64,000 nucleotides of DNA. Origin: Euprymna scolopes (taxonomy: Eukaryota). Below the pieces are notes generated by a model. It saw only the letters and a program-made list of their open reading frames with translations, made no database searches and was not told the origin of the DNA. Positions 40,757 through 53,479 of this stretch are shown here, one piece after another (within the stretch, counting starts at the first letter, position 1; each line of letters begins with the position of its first letter). The stretch lies in assembly GCA_053919585.1 (NCBI GenBank), contig CM132793.1. One strand, written 5' to 3'. The position numbers were made by a program, and so were the translations under genes.

Positions 40757-41180
40757 ATAAATGAAGAATGGAATAATAGAATAGTGGATTTACACCAAAA
40801 ACTTGTTTTGTCATTCAAGAAGAGAGTGTATATGTTGTATAAAGCTAGAAATAGTTATAGGAATAAATATATTGTTAGTATAAATTCTTTTGACATATAA
40901 ATTAGTATATAATTTTCTGACATATTGACAAATATATATTTTTATTTAATTCTTCATTAAATTACTAATTATGAGAAAATAAAAACTTGAATTGAATTTT
41001 AAAAATCAATATTTAATTCGGTCAAGTTAATTTGTCTTTTTATAACATAATTATGCATCTCGCTTCTTTAAAGAAAATATTTGTTCCGACTAAGATGACT
41101 GTTAAAATGGGACATTTTTCATTATTGACCAAAAACAGCAGCTGTTTACGACCTTACAAAATATTTGTCAACAGCTTACG
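40757..41180 (+). pseudogene. Tc1-type transposase pseudogene, 3' part, with possible right TIR
   Basis: In register with the last unit: (TA)INEEWNNRIVDLHQKLVLSFKKRVYMLYKARNS, stop at 40898-40900. This matches the Tc1 C-terminus (AI.EEW..I......KLV.SM..RV..V.KAKG). Possible TIR caaaatatttgtcaacagct at ~41157-41176. Confidence 0.8.
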
Positions 41181-42605
41181 ACATTAATAAAAGATAATTC
41201 CACTTTCTTCTACAATTATATATGTTTTAAATAAACACTATATTATTTATTTCTGGAAATTATTTGTATGTTACAGTAGTAAGTAAATTGTTTTTTCTTT
41301 TCTTTCAAATGAATAAAATGATGTTTCCGTTGTGATACCATCTGTCGATGAACATAACAGATTTTTCATGACGTTTCAACAATAAATTTCGTCATATAAT
41401 CTATTTTATTCATTCTTTCCTGAGAATTGCATTAAAACAATAACAAAAAACAGCCGTTATATTACCAAAAAAAAACGCAGAGGTTACTAATTATTACTTT
41501 ACAATTCAAACTAAAAACTAGACTTTTCGTTTTCTTAATGAAAAAAAAAGTCGACTTAAAACCAGATATTTTAAAATAAAACATGACATTTTAACTTAAA
41601 CACACAGTATAGTTTTTAAAATACAAACATGAAAGTGCTAACCCTGGTGGGAAACACTACTTATATATGTATCCCTTTAAAGTGATAGATGTGTTAGAAT
41701 CGTGACACTTTTAAATTAGGCAATGACAAAATTACCGCCCACATTGCACAAGGATTAAAAAGAGACGTAGAGAACCAGATAGACAGACAAACAGATTTTC
41801 TATCGTCCAATCGAAATAAAAAAATATGATAAAATACGATTGCTTCTATATAAGGTTTGGGTAAAAAATGTAAAATAGAGGAAAGTGACATTATTTTTAT
41901 TTTATTTTTAAGTATTTTTAATTTACCACGAAGGAATTCAACAGTGATGACTCTATTTTCTTATATGAACTACAAACGTGTTCCATAATTAATTTTAACA
42001 TTGAAATAGGCCATGCTAGTCAAGTAGCAAATGTTTTTCGATCCACTTCGATATAAGACGTGCTTTATTTTGTTTGCATTTGAGTTATTTAAAATCCTAT
42101 TAAAATAATAATTGTAAAATTAACTATATTGCAATTTCTTTTTCTCTGAGCTCTCCTTTTGTCAATATGTCGCCATACGGGCAACATCGCTTTGATTTTA
42201 ATATTTTTTTTAATCCCAAACGTAGTTTTAAAAATCTAAACAAAATTCAAAATTAAAATCTTCCTAAGCAACGCCAGATAGGTTTATTTTAAAAATGTGA
42301 AAATGCATACATTGAGAAAGTATAGCATAAAAAAATACTAATTAGTGTTCAGGGCTGGGAGTAGAAATTTACAGACCTCCTCGCATTTACCATGGTNNNN
42401 NNNNNNNNNNNNNNNNNNNNNNNNNNNNNNNNNNNNNNNNNNNNNNNNNNNNNNNNNNNNNNNNNNNNNNNNNNNNNNNNNNNNNNNNNNNNNNNNNNNN
42501 NNNNNNNNNNNNNNNNNNNNNNNNNNNNNNNNNNNNNNNNNNNNNGGTTTTCTAACGAATGATAAAAAATATTTTTTGTATAGTTTTAAAAGCTAAAAAC
42601 TTCAA

Positions 42606-42609
<4 letters not shown>

Positions 42610-42676
<67 letters not shown>
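42610..42676. repeat. (TA)n microsatellite
   Basis: Visible directly in the sequence. Confidence 0.95.
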
Positions 42677-42743
42677 TCGTATCCGTCGCACACAGCCAGG
42701 CTCACGTACAATTGTGTTCGGGCGTCTGTTGACTGTTGTATTT

Positions 42744-42757
42744 GTTTCCATGGCAAC
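42744..42757. promoter_or_regulatory. RFX X-box
   Basis: GTTTCCATGGCAAC, one mismatch from the palindromic consensus GTTGCCATGGCAAC, in a CpG-richer unique patch (42677-42900). Confidence 0.5.
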
Positions 42758-43284
42758 AGTGCTATTAGCAAGATGTGCGCTATCTCATCCGACTCCTCTG
42801 TTTAACTGTGTAGCGAGAAGTTCACTCGCCGTGCAAAAAGAGGAGGGATGGCCGAGTAGACATTATGGAACAAATCGATTAAATCCTGGATTCTCTACGT
42901 CGACTTTATTGCTACTACCACAACAACACCAACAACAACGATCGACTGTTTTTATTATTTTAACAAGTCAATCATTACTAAATAAATGAAATAAAAGTCT
43001 GCATACTAAATACTAGACAAATGATGAGTATTACAAGGTGTTCAACTTACATGTAAAATGTGTTCAAATACTATAACATGCGTTAATTTACACAGTATCT
43101 TCCCATTCGCTCAAGTTGATTTTCTAACAAGTTTCAGTGAACAAAATCGACATCTATGATCACTTGATGTTTTTTTATGTCTGTTTCTTTTTAGTTCCAT
43201 CCACGTTTGTCTTTTTAATATCTTGATTAAAATTATTAACGTAATTGAAATTTTTATGCATCTAAAACCGGTCCATCTAAATGA

Positions 43285-43520
43285 TTGTCTGATTAGAGTC
43301 GTTGACGGATCAATAACTAGGATTCAATTCTCGCTTGAATCATACCAAAGACCCCCCTAAATGTTATTTAATGCCATTGTTAAACACTGTATATTATAAG
43401 GTTAGGCGTAAGTAGAGTAATCCTTCGAAAAAATGATGTACTCACCTACATCTTGATGTAATAACCAATGGAAAGGGAGCCTTCGGTTCGCGCTTGACTA
43501 CGATCAATCACTTTATTTCA
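43285..43520 (+). mobile_element. Decayed tRNA-derived SINE with a Meta/MESC-type central domain
   Basis: B-box-like ggattcaattc, then tcataccaaagac...aaatg.ta.tt.atgcc..tg.taaacact...attataagg (Meta core, from recall). Tail gaaagggagccttcgg...ttgactacg. Confidence 0.7.
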
Positions 43521-43887
43521 CTTGTACACTTCTAAATTTGTTAAATTTCCTTCGTTGATGATTTTAATTCTGAGATTAAAAGTCTTATGTGAAAAGTTAA
43601 AAATAGCATCAAAAATTGGAATTTTTTAAGATTTATTTTATAAAAAAAGACAATCATTTAAACTCATTCCGATTGTTGGGATGTTTTTGCAAAACAATTT
43701 GAACGTGCTTCTGAGAATTGTTTAGTTTCTATCGAATTATAATAATTATGTCTATTATTGCTTTTTTTTTTTTTTTTTTTTTACAAAGGATTCACCACTT
43801 TTCAAGTCCCCGGGGGATATTCGATATTAAGGTTTAATGAGTGGACAATGGTCAATGGGAACATGTCGTAGTCATCTTTATTAGTGG

Positions 43888-46130
43888 AAATTTGATATGT
43901 CAGGGGCAATTGCCCTAGAAAGGAAGCCTCCGTCGAGAGATTCGCTTATACTATGAGATATAACTGTTAGCACATTTGTTGTAGATCTAGTAGAACGGAA
44001 ACCATATTGCATGTCACTGATTAGATTATTTTTGCTGAGGTGGTTGACTATTTAACACAGATTCTAGCAACTTACTCATGACGCACAAGAGACTGAATGG
44101 TCTGTGTTGAGGAGATGAGCAATCACCTGAATTTTTAAATACTGATGAGGTTTTCCAAGGTATTGGGAAGCATTTCTCCTTAAGACAACGATTAAATTGT
44201 TTTGTAAGTATAGAAGCTAGTTCTGGTTGAAGCTTTTTCAGCACTATAATAGGAATGACGTCAGGGCCAGTTGCTTTACTGAAATCGAGGTTTTTGGTTA
44301 GCTTGGCAATATCACGCATAGATATTTATAAGTCGCATAGCGTGTTTTCAGACACAGGAGGAAATACGGGGGGGTCATAATCGTATGGAGTAGAATTAGC
44401 TGCAAAGTTTTTGGTAAACAGTTTGGCTTTATTATTAGATTATTCCAGGTTTATTGATGGTGGGATAGAACACAGGCTTCTATTCAGAGCCCTGTTTGTT
44501 ATTTTCCAAAATTGGTGGGAACCAAGCCGCTGCTCAGCTACTTTGGACTTAATGGGCTTAGCATACAACTCTCTCGCGTTCTTCATTATTTTTTCGCAGT
44601 ACTTGCTGGCAGTCCTGAAGGCGGCTGTAGTTTCAGTACGTCTATTACGATGGAAGCAATGGAAATAGTAATTTCTGTGCGCAATGGCAGCAGCACATTC
44701 GGCTGGCTGTTTGTTTTCTTCTGTAAATTTTTGAGGGTATAAAGTTTTATACTTACAATTAATCAATCCGTCAGGTTTGATACTATGGGGACACATTCTT
44801 TTTAAACATGGAACGAAGAGATAGATCTGATATAAATGTACGAAAGCTATTCGTGTCAGCCATAGAGTATCGGTATAATGTATGATGGAGAGGTATGTCG
44901 GAGAACTTATTACATTTTGTTTTTATCTTAACGGAGACAACCGAGTGGTTGTAAAATCCTGGTGGGGACAGAATGGAAGACGAACATAGCTCAGAGCAAA
45001 ATTGTGAGAAAAGTTTATCGGAGACTCGCATACTGACCATCAGTGTCAGGCAGACGGGTGGGTTCGTGAACAATCTAAGTTAGGTCATAAGAAATAAAGA
45101 AATCGTAACAGAACATCCCTGCATCATCTGTCTTGTTTGAGTGGGCGAACAATTCTACATTGTGACCATCGAATCTTCACAGACGTGAAGGTTAGCCGAA
45201 GGATGAGCAGACAGGATGTGGTCAATTTTCTCAGATATGCTCTTAAAGATAGTATGGAGGTGATAGAGGGCAAATATAAATGTAGAGGTATGAGCAAGTG
45301 CAATCCGAAAGCACATATAGAGCAATTTAGGCTTTTCTCTGGAGATGTCCTTACCACATGGAAACCCATTTCTAATGTAGGCCCATATTACATGCTCATG
45401 TCGATCTTGGGGTCAGATTTAGATGTTAAATTAGAATACTTTTTAATTACGAACTCGTCTAATGAAATAGTCGCTCGAATGCAGGTTTCGCTTAGGAAGA
45501 ATAGGTCTGATTTGGTCTCCTGTAATCGGATTTCATCTTCTGCAAGTTGGATCATAGACCTCTGATGTTAGAGAAGGAGTGGAGATCTACGTTGAAAGTT
45601 AGTTCTATTTTAATTATGTATTCCTTCTGGAGACTTTTCGTGGTGGAGTTTTAGGATTTGTGGAATAGGTCTACAAATTTGGTTAGAGCAGGGCAGAGAG
45701 AAAAGTAAGGAGAAAAAAAGAAGTGAAGAAATATTTTTGTAGACCATGGTAAGTAAAGCCGTAACAATTACCCACTAATATGGCATCGAGAAGCCCTACC
45801 AGAAATTATTGCATGGACCTGAATCCATTCACCAAATGGCAATACAGCAGCCGCGGTAATTTTCACCTGCTAATAGGACGGTCTCTTTAGCTGTTAATCC
45901 AAGGTTCGGCTCCTTGACTATCAGGCAGATAACGTCAGCCTAGAAAAACGTTTACCTCCAGCACCCTTACATCGTTACAAGGCAATGCAAAATTTATGTC
46001 GCCCTAGAATAGCCTTTTCTTTTTCCTTTGTCAGAAAAATCATTCATTGTAAACGAAGACTGAAAGACAAATTAGAAGAAGCGAGAGTTAGGGGAGCTGC
46101 CGACAATGCATCCACAATGTATTGTCTACT
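43888..46130 (-). mobile_element. CR1/L2-group LINE with 5' UTR, APE and RT N-terminus; 3' part missing
   Basis: Collinear with 595-2100 (KATGPDVIP, CLKEKCFPIPWK, QYGFRSTRST, SRAIAPDIS). APE start FSNIRG at ~45570 and candidate ATG at ~45749. Confidence 0.88.
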
Positions 46131-46607
46131 CTCAAAAAACAGATTGATAATAATATAAAGTATTCTACTTAATATAAGTCCAATTGACCTTTTTAAGGAA
46201 AGGTTTGGCGGTAGGTTCTCCTTGACACTAACTGAAATAAAGAAAAAATTCAGTTTAACATGTGTAATTCTTGAGCAACTCAGCTAAAGTTCCTCGAGTC
46301 GTTCCCGAGTTGATTTGAATGGAAAATTGTCTACGTTTTTTGTTGACATTCGACACTAGACGGCGCATTTATTAGTGTGTCTATATGAAAAGTATACTTA
46401 AAACTAGAATGGCGTCGGCAGGTTTGTTTGTTTTTTGTTTTTTGTTTTGTTTTGTTTTGTTTTTTTTGCAAAACGAATGTGGGAAGACATTGAATTCAAA
46501 ATTGGACAATGCCTTTATTTTCAGGAAATTTAGCAAGTGAATAAAAAGCCGCAAATTGACAATAATAAATTCAAATAATAAATTTAACAATACTATTGGG
46601 GGAGGTG

Positions 46608-46672
46608 TTTGGGGGCAAGTGTAGAAAGAAAAAAAAATTGGGGGCAAGTGTAGAAAGAAAAAAAAATTGGGT
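46608..46672. repeat. ~29-30 bp tandem duplication
   Basis: ttgggggcaagtgtagaaagaaaaaaaaa twice, plus a partial copy. Confidence 0.8.
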
Positions 46673-47174
46673 AAATAAATTAATGCATAATTGAAAGAAA
46701 AATTAATACATGACAAAATAGTTTTATTTTTATAAATAACCGAATTTTACAAGATTTTAAACTTTTAATATACTAAATTTATTGGAAATTCTGTAAGGAT
46801 GTTTTCAAACGGTTTATATCGGTTTAACACTGTTTAAGAATTAAAATAACCCTAACCTACTTTACATTCGACTTAAACAGAATACAAACAATCGGACGTC
46901 TTTTTGGAAAGTTTTGCTTAGAATATTTTTTATTAATCGATAATTCGAAGATGTTTATTTGGAAGTTTTTAATTATGGGGATGATTAGCACTTTTTGTAA
47001 TTCCGCCATTTTTTTTTTTTTTTTTTTTTACATATTTATCTGATGAGAATTATATTTTCTAATCTAGAGAAGATAAAAGAAGATGTAAAAGCATTAAAAA
47101 TAATTGCTGTTACCTTAAATAAAATTTGCGATAGACATTTTGTAAAAATTAAACTTATAAAATATTGTCATTCA

Positions 47175-47176
47175 TA

Positions 47177-47229
<53 letters not shown>
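47175..47229. repeat. (ATT)n microsatellite followed by a purine-rich low-complexity tract to ~47570
   Basis: Visible directly in the sequence. Confidence 0.9.
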
Positions 47230-47230
<1 letters not shown>

Positions 47231-48559
47231 CTCGAATATTTTCAATGTTAACTTTAGAATTAAATTTTTCATTTTAAAATAGAAAATAGAAAAAATAGAA
47301 TGTGAGAGAATAGTGGGAGACAAGGAGAATGTGAGTTCAGAATAGAAGATTGGGAAAATTATAAAAGCAAATAGATAGTCAGGGGAAAACATACAAAGAA
47401 GAAGAGAAGTATAAGTAGAGAAAAATGGGCATAACATGAAGTGGCAGAGTGGGTACAGAGATGAAAAGAGATGAAAGGAAAGATAAATTAGAGAGTGGTG
47501 ATGTAGGGAGAGAAGAAGATGTAAGAAAAGGTAATAAGGAGAGAGAAATGTGAGAGAAAGAGATAGCGAAGATGTTTCCTCATCATAACTTGAGACGTAG
47601 CGATGATAGCGTTTCTCTTGTGGATCGAGTGAGATTGACAAACAACGTGCGTCTTCCGCCTTTGAGGCTTGTCCATGCCTCATTAAAGATGTGCATGCAC
47701 TGCTTTAATCTCATATTAGCTATTACCAATAAACAACGTCCCTATAAGTATATGAGTGTAAATAAGAAATTGACTTGAGATAAAATCCTACAAGATTAGT
47801 CGTGGATATAGTATTTGTTTACAAATTACAAAGATAATTTAGAGAAAAAAATCTTTTGTTTAAAGACATCTGTTTTTTTTTCTTCTTTTTCCTTTTTCTC
47901 CTTTTGTTTTTTATTTTTGTTTCTTTCTTTTTTTTTCCAATGACCATTAATTGCGACTGTTGCCATTTCAAGTTTCTATATTGACAAACGAATTTCAATT
48001 TACTAGTGTTTTCTCTGCCTAAAGCTATTATATCTAAAGACAGGCATTTGATAGAAACAACCCCCTATGCGTTGTACTAATGGATCACACCTTATCAAAA
48101 GCCGAACCCCAATTAAGGATAAGGATCAATAGGTTTGTCAAATGGACGATGGAATAAATACCTTTAGGTGCGATGTTTTAAATTGGACAGAATTTGATTA
48201 TTTTAGAGAACGGTTCAACTAATATTCTTTAATATTGGACTTGAAAACGAGTTAACTGGTAAGCAGCCCCCTGGTATTATGTTGCAGGGATGGGTAATAC
48301 TTTGATAGAGGTTCTGCTCGTGGAAGTTAAGTACAGTTTCAGCTAAACGTAAAAGAATATTTACAATGGTTGTATCTAAGCGAGTTATTGCTGTGAATGT
48401 TTATTACGTAGAAATGTGGTGTGATTTGAACACTTACCACGACGACAACGATAGAGTAGGGAAAGACAACGTTTCTTATGTGAGAAAGATGCCGCACGGA
48501 AGAGCAGAGAACATGCGAAATAAATTCCGAAGCCAGGAAATAGGCGATACCTCGTCATT

Positions 48560-50200
48560 TTAGAAGTAGCTGGCTCTTGTACAAAGTAGATGATTGGATC
48601 AGGAGTCAGAAAATTTCTGAAGCGGTAGAATGACCCAACTATTTATCCAACAACCTTAGCAACAGACCTGATTTACGTCTTCAGGTCAAGGATGAAAGTT
48701 AGTCCGAAAAAGGTATCAAGGCTGAGGAGAGATCTAGTCATTTCAGCTGGGTCAAAGTGAGGACCAGAGCATTGGTGGTGAAAGAAGAAAAGCTTGTTTA
48801 TGAATGTATGGAAAGTTAGCAGCCTCATTGCACTACGCTCTTTATGTTGGAGGAGAGAAAATTAAAATAACCCTGATCATTAATGTTCTTCAAATGCTGC
48901 TATAAATGTTATTTGATCTGCATAAATGTCAAGCAATGATCTTAGAATGTAATTTGGGAGAGAATTGATTAATGTTAAGAAGAGGGTTGGGCCTAGTATA
49001 AATCATTGAAACACACCGGTGTTGATACTGCGTGCTTTGAACTTCTGCCCATCAACGACTACCGAAAATAAATGTTTTCATTGTTGAAAAGACATTTTCA
49101 GATATTCTATAGCAAGCATAGCTTATGAAGCAGAACTTTGTGCCAAGTTCTCTCACAAACTGTTGATATAACAAGAGCTATTGCTCTAGAAATGAATCCT
49201 CAATTAACAGATTTGCTGAGCCTTTTGGTATATTATAATTAGCACGATTTTGCGGAACGAAATCCATATTGTTTGTAACCAATAGGAGATTGTTTTTGTT
49301 GAAATAGTTGAGAACTTTGTAATTTATTATAGATTCAAACAATTTATGTTTGAGGCACGGAAGATTGATTCGTGTGTACTGAGATACAGAAAACCTATCC
49401 CAAGTAGTTTTTATTACTAACCAGTAATTAAACTCACAGAGTTTTCCAAGGTAATGGAAGCATTTTTCTTTAAGTAATGATTGAACAGCTTTGTAGAAAT
49501 AGGAGCTAGTTCCGGTGTCAGCTTCTTAAGTACTATGATTGGAATGCTGTCAGGGCCAATTGCTTTGCTGACATCAAGGGTCTTGATATGTTTGGCAACA
49601 TTCCAGACATGGGTGTCGCTCAGAGTGTTTACAGTTATAAGAGGGAAATTCAAGCTGTACCCGACCATGATCGTAAAGGGTAGAATTTGGTGCAAAGTTC
49701 GGATTTATCTAATTCTGAACAGATCACATCGTCTATCGACGATGGTTGGAATAGAAGTCTTACATCTGTGCAGGGCTGTATTTGTTATTCGATTAAACTC
49801 ATGAGAAACAAGCTCATGTTCAACCCTATCGATTTAATGGATTAGACATGATGCTCTCTTATGTTTAATTGTCAGCAGTTCTAAAAAGGGCTTTGATTTC
49901 AAAGTATCTATTTTTGTTGAAAGCAATTGAAATAGTGATTGATGTGAACAAATGCGGCAGCATATTTAAAGGTGTATTACGGCGGGTTGTTTGGTTTGTA
50001 TCAGAATTTCTCAGATGGTTCGAAGCATTAAATAGCAGCGATTAACAAATCAGTTATGTGATGCGTGTGATACATTCTTTTTGAAAATGGAATATAAAGG
50101 AAGATTTGAGGCCATCTCCGTCAACCCTTGAATATCTATTCACTCTGTGATGGGAAGGAATATTCAGACTTTTATTGTAGGTTTATCAACAATCTGTGTT
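48560..50200 (-). mobile_element. Old decayed CR1/L2-group LINE ORF2
   Basis: KAIGPDSIPIIVLKKLTPELAPI, SRAIALVISTV, LGPTLFL and DIYAD motifs, then a VGSFYRFRNFLTPD C-terminal region. Many stops. Confidence 0.82.
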
Positions 50201-53200
50201 AGATCATAATCAAAGGAAACCCCATCTGATTATACTAACGACTCATATTTTTGACATATCTGTGACATATCTTTGTTCTTTAAATAGCGATGAAAGCCCC
50301 AGCTTCTGAACACAAATAGATTCTCATAATTTGAGCAAATGCTGATCCTTTTTATGTCTCTGTCTTTGCACGGTTTTCGTTATAGCTGTAGATGAAAAAT
50401 TGTAGGGACTGATTTTTTGCATCTTGTAAACGACTTCTTAAAGTGCATACCTCTCAGAATTCTTGTTACCTCAATTATAAAAACCATAACACACACAGAA
50501 TTGTATCAGTTCTAAAAATGATAAAATATCGTTGGTTTTAAGACCTCCACCATTCCAAATGCCCATGTGCGTGTTGGTTTCTTCTTTAGAAGGAATGATG
50601 GAAGGGTGTAGAAAAGTGATAACCTCCGAGAATATGGCGCGATAATATATGTTTCTGAACTTCTAGATAAACCAGTCAGCCAAAATAAGTAGTTAGTGAC
50701 ATCATGTCTTCAAGAGAATTAATCAGTTGCATTTTGCAGTAAAAACTGAAAAATGTTTTTTGGTGATTGATGAGGACTTTACTCCATAAAATTAAAATAT
50801 TTCTAAGTGAATAGCTCAAGTTTTGTACTATACCATTTCTTTTTGTTTGTCTTTTTCAATTAAAAAATTAGAGAAAAACCCTGTAATCATCTTTATACTT
50901 TTTGTTCTTGCTGATTGGATTGTAAAAAATATTTGATTATTGCCAATATTACATGGTTAAGCGTCACTGTGATAATCGATGCTTAAGAATGATTTTCCGA
51001 CAGTTCGGATAATATTTAATCATGTTCTGCAATAATACTAGGATGAATAGGCGGACGTATATGATTCTTCTCTCAAATTTGTGCTGTTCAATAAAAACAA
51101 ATATTATAAATTAAACTCAGAATTTGCAGATCATAAAAACATTTTAAAAATATCGTTTCTTGAACTTTCAGCAACGGCAATGATTATGTGTCGAAGTCGA
51201 AGATAAAATGACCGGACTATAAGTTTTTTTTTTGGGGGGGGGGGTCGATTAGTCTCTAAAATTCCAATTAGAACCGGTTACAATCGCCGTTTTGAAAATT
51301 TGGGCTTAAAGAATATTCGTTCTCAAAATAATATGGTTTAACCTCATTGAACTACATGAATATGTGTTGAGTGACGATCAGGATATTTGCGGCCAATCTA
51401 ATTTCTGTCTGTTTATCCCAGTTCACATCAATAGCGCTGAAGTAGCAGTTAATGTCATGGTCTCATTCTCCGAGTGATTTTGCCTGACCCATCAATATTG
51501 ATTTAATATTGATGGTTAGGGAGAGTTTTGACATATCTTCATGTTGTGTCTCATCGAAGATTGTTTTCGTGTTGTATCGACACTATTTCATATCCTCGGA
51601 GTGAGCATAAAGTATGAGCTGCGCAATTGTATCATTCCATTAAATTAGCGTTGCGTCGAAACAGACTTATCACGTGATTCTAAGCTGCAACTATCAGTTT
51701 TGCGTGCAGTTTTTATAGAGTGAGTTACGATGGTATGAATTCACAAAGTCGGAACTGCAACAAGAGTTCTGCGAGGCATAGATCAATAGCTTGGTAGGGG
51801 TGGTTTATTGCAGGATGTTTTGGACGATATTGTCCAACGAGCTCTGAAGACTTGTAGTATCATGAATTATATCCTCTTTGCTGTATTAACACTAGACTCT
51901 ACGTCAGACATATTACACACCTTGTCTGTGCAGATAGACTCACTGGTTGGATCAAATATTACAGCATCTAAAACCATGTTATGCCAGCATCTCAAAGTAA
52001 TTCATTAAAAATCACTTGCTTTTAGAATCTATAGTTTTTTTATCTTTTCTAACATTTTGCCCCAGAGTTGCACGGTTTCTGTATTAACTTTTGGTTTTGT
52101 CCGTGGTTTTATTTCGATGGGGAGTTTTTCCTTTTTCTCCGAAGTGACTATTGTTTCCAAGAAAGTAACATTTTATACATCAAACATTGCGGCTTTTTCC
52201 GTTGCGTTTGTTGGTCTTTACGAGGGGGAGAGCTAACTATTTTATGTGTGCGTGCATTTATTTTAGTTTTAAAGTCTATTCAGTTAAAACAAATTATTAA
52301 TCTAAATAAGAGATTCTCAAGCAGAAATAATTAATAAATAAATATTAAATTGATATATAAATAAATCATTTCACGATACGATTTGATAATATTGATTTTC
52401 CTGAGAGAACTCAGTGTGGTGTAGCCTTTATATATCTCTATCTATATTAAGTAGGACATGTGCTTACGTTTATATATTTCATGAAGAAGATTCACTTCTA
52501 AACTAATTAATCGATCGTTTTAAATATGGGAATTCGGCTGATAGCCGAAGCAAAAATGTGGACTATATTAAGTATAATTTTGATTCGTATAAAGGTAAAA
52601 ATGGAAAAGTTCAGATATTTTTTCGATTTTCTTTTTAAATACTAAACATTGATAATTATATTGAATCGTAATTTAGAATCATTATATATTGATACTAATC
52701 TTCGTAAGAAAATATTTAAAAAAACTCTTCAGTTTGTGGATTTAATTATACCATTCTTGGGACGAGTATTCTTCTAGTTATTTGGATAGACTCAAAAATG
52801 TGATTTCCAATTAGTTTATGGAAAATTTCACAAAGAAAAATACATGTCAGAGAAACAAAATTAATGAGGTCTTCCATCAAATAACAAAGAAACCTCATCA
52901 TTGGTTGCAAAAGAAAGATGAACAAATTCTCATTTTTGAAAAAAAAACTATTCCCAAGAAAAAGCTTTAAAGACGATGTCAAATCTATTACAGATCATTG
53001 CTGAATTTAACAAAAAAAAAACTCGTTTAAAAAGTGTTTCTTAGCGACATTGCTATCAGAAACGTAATCGGATTAATCTTGTAGCGAGAACTGGTGTGCA
53101 CTCTAATTGCAGATTAACGAAGATTAAAGTTTTGTTATGCAATAATTACTTGTAATTACCAGTTTTTTGTAAAATGATTTTATCAAGAATAGAAAGAGTG

Positions 53201-53479
53201 GTGAGAAGATTAGCGTTCGAGAATGATATGTAAATGAAAAGTACGCAGATATTTCAATTGGTTCAATTGAAGGTTGTGTAAATGAAGGCTATTCAAATGA
53301 AGGCTATCCAAATGAAGGCTATTTATGAATAGACTTTTTATCGGCCAACCTATTAACCCCTTTTATTTCTATTGGACTCTTGAGGGTTTCTCTTTATCCA
53401 ACGTATTTGGAGTCCAGAGGATTGGATGCTCGTAGGAAGGGTCTGTTTCAAGCTTGGTTTGTCTTGATTCTACCTTTGT

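Noticed and set aside
23091-40818. Long ORFs (RSAVL)n, (QPTSE/K)n and (TADLR)n as real proteins
   Set aside because: A 15-bp unit without stop codons gives open frames automatically. Most starts are alternative TTG/GTG codons, recurring 14-bp units break the frames, and the unit derives from a dead transposase.
45845-45861. SSU rRNA gene
   Set aside because: Only 17 nt match and the surrounding sequence is LINE 5' UTR.
50469-50746. Possible minus-strand exon (ttttcag ... gag|gtaac)
   Set aside because: The frames I translated contain stops and give no recognisable product, so I cannot support it without RNA data.
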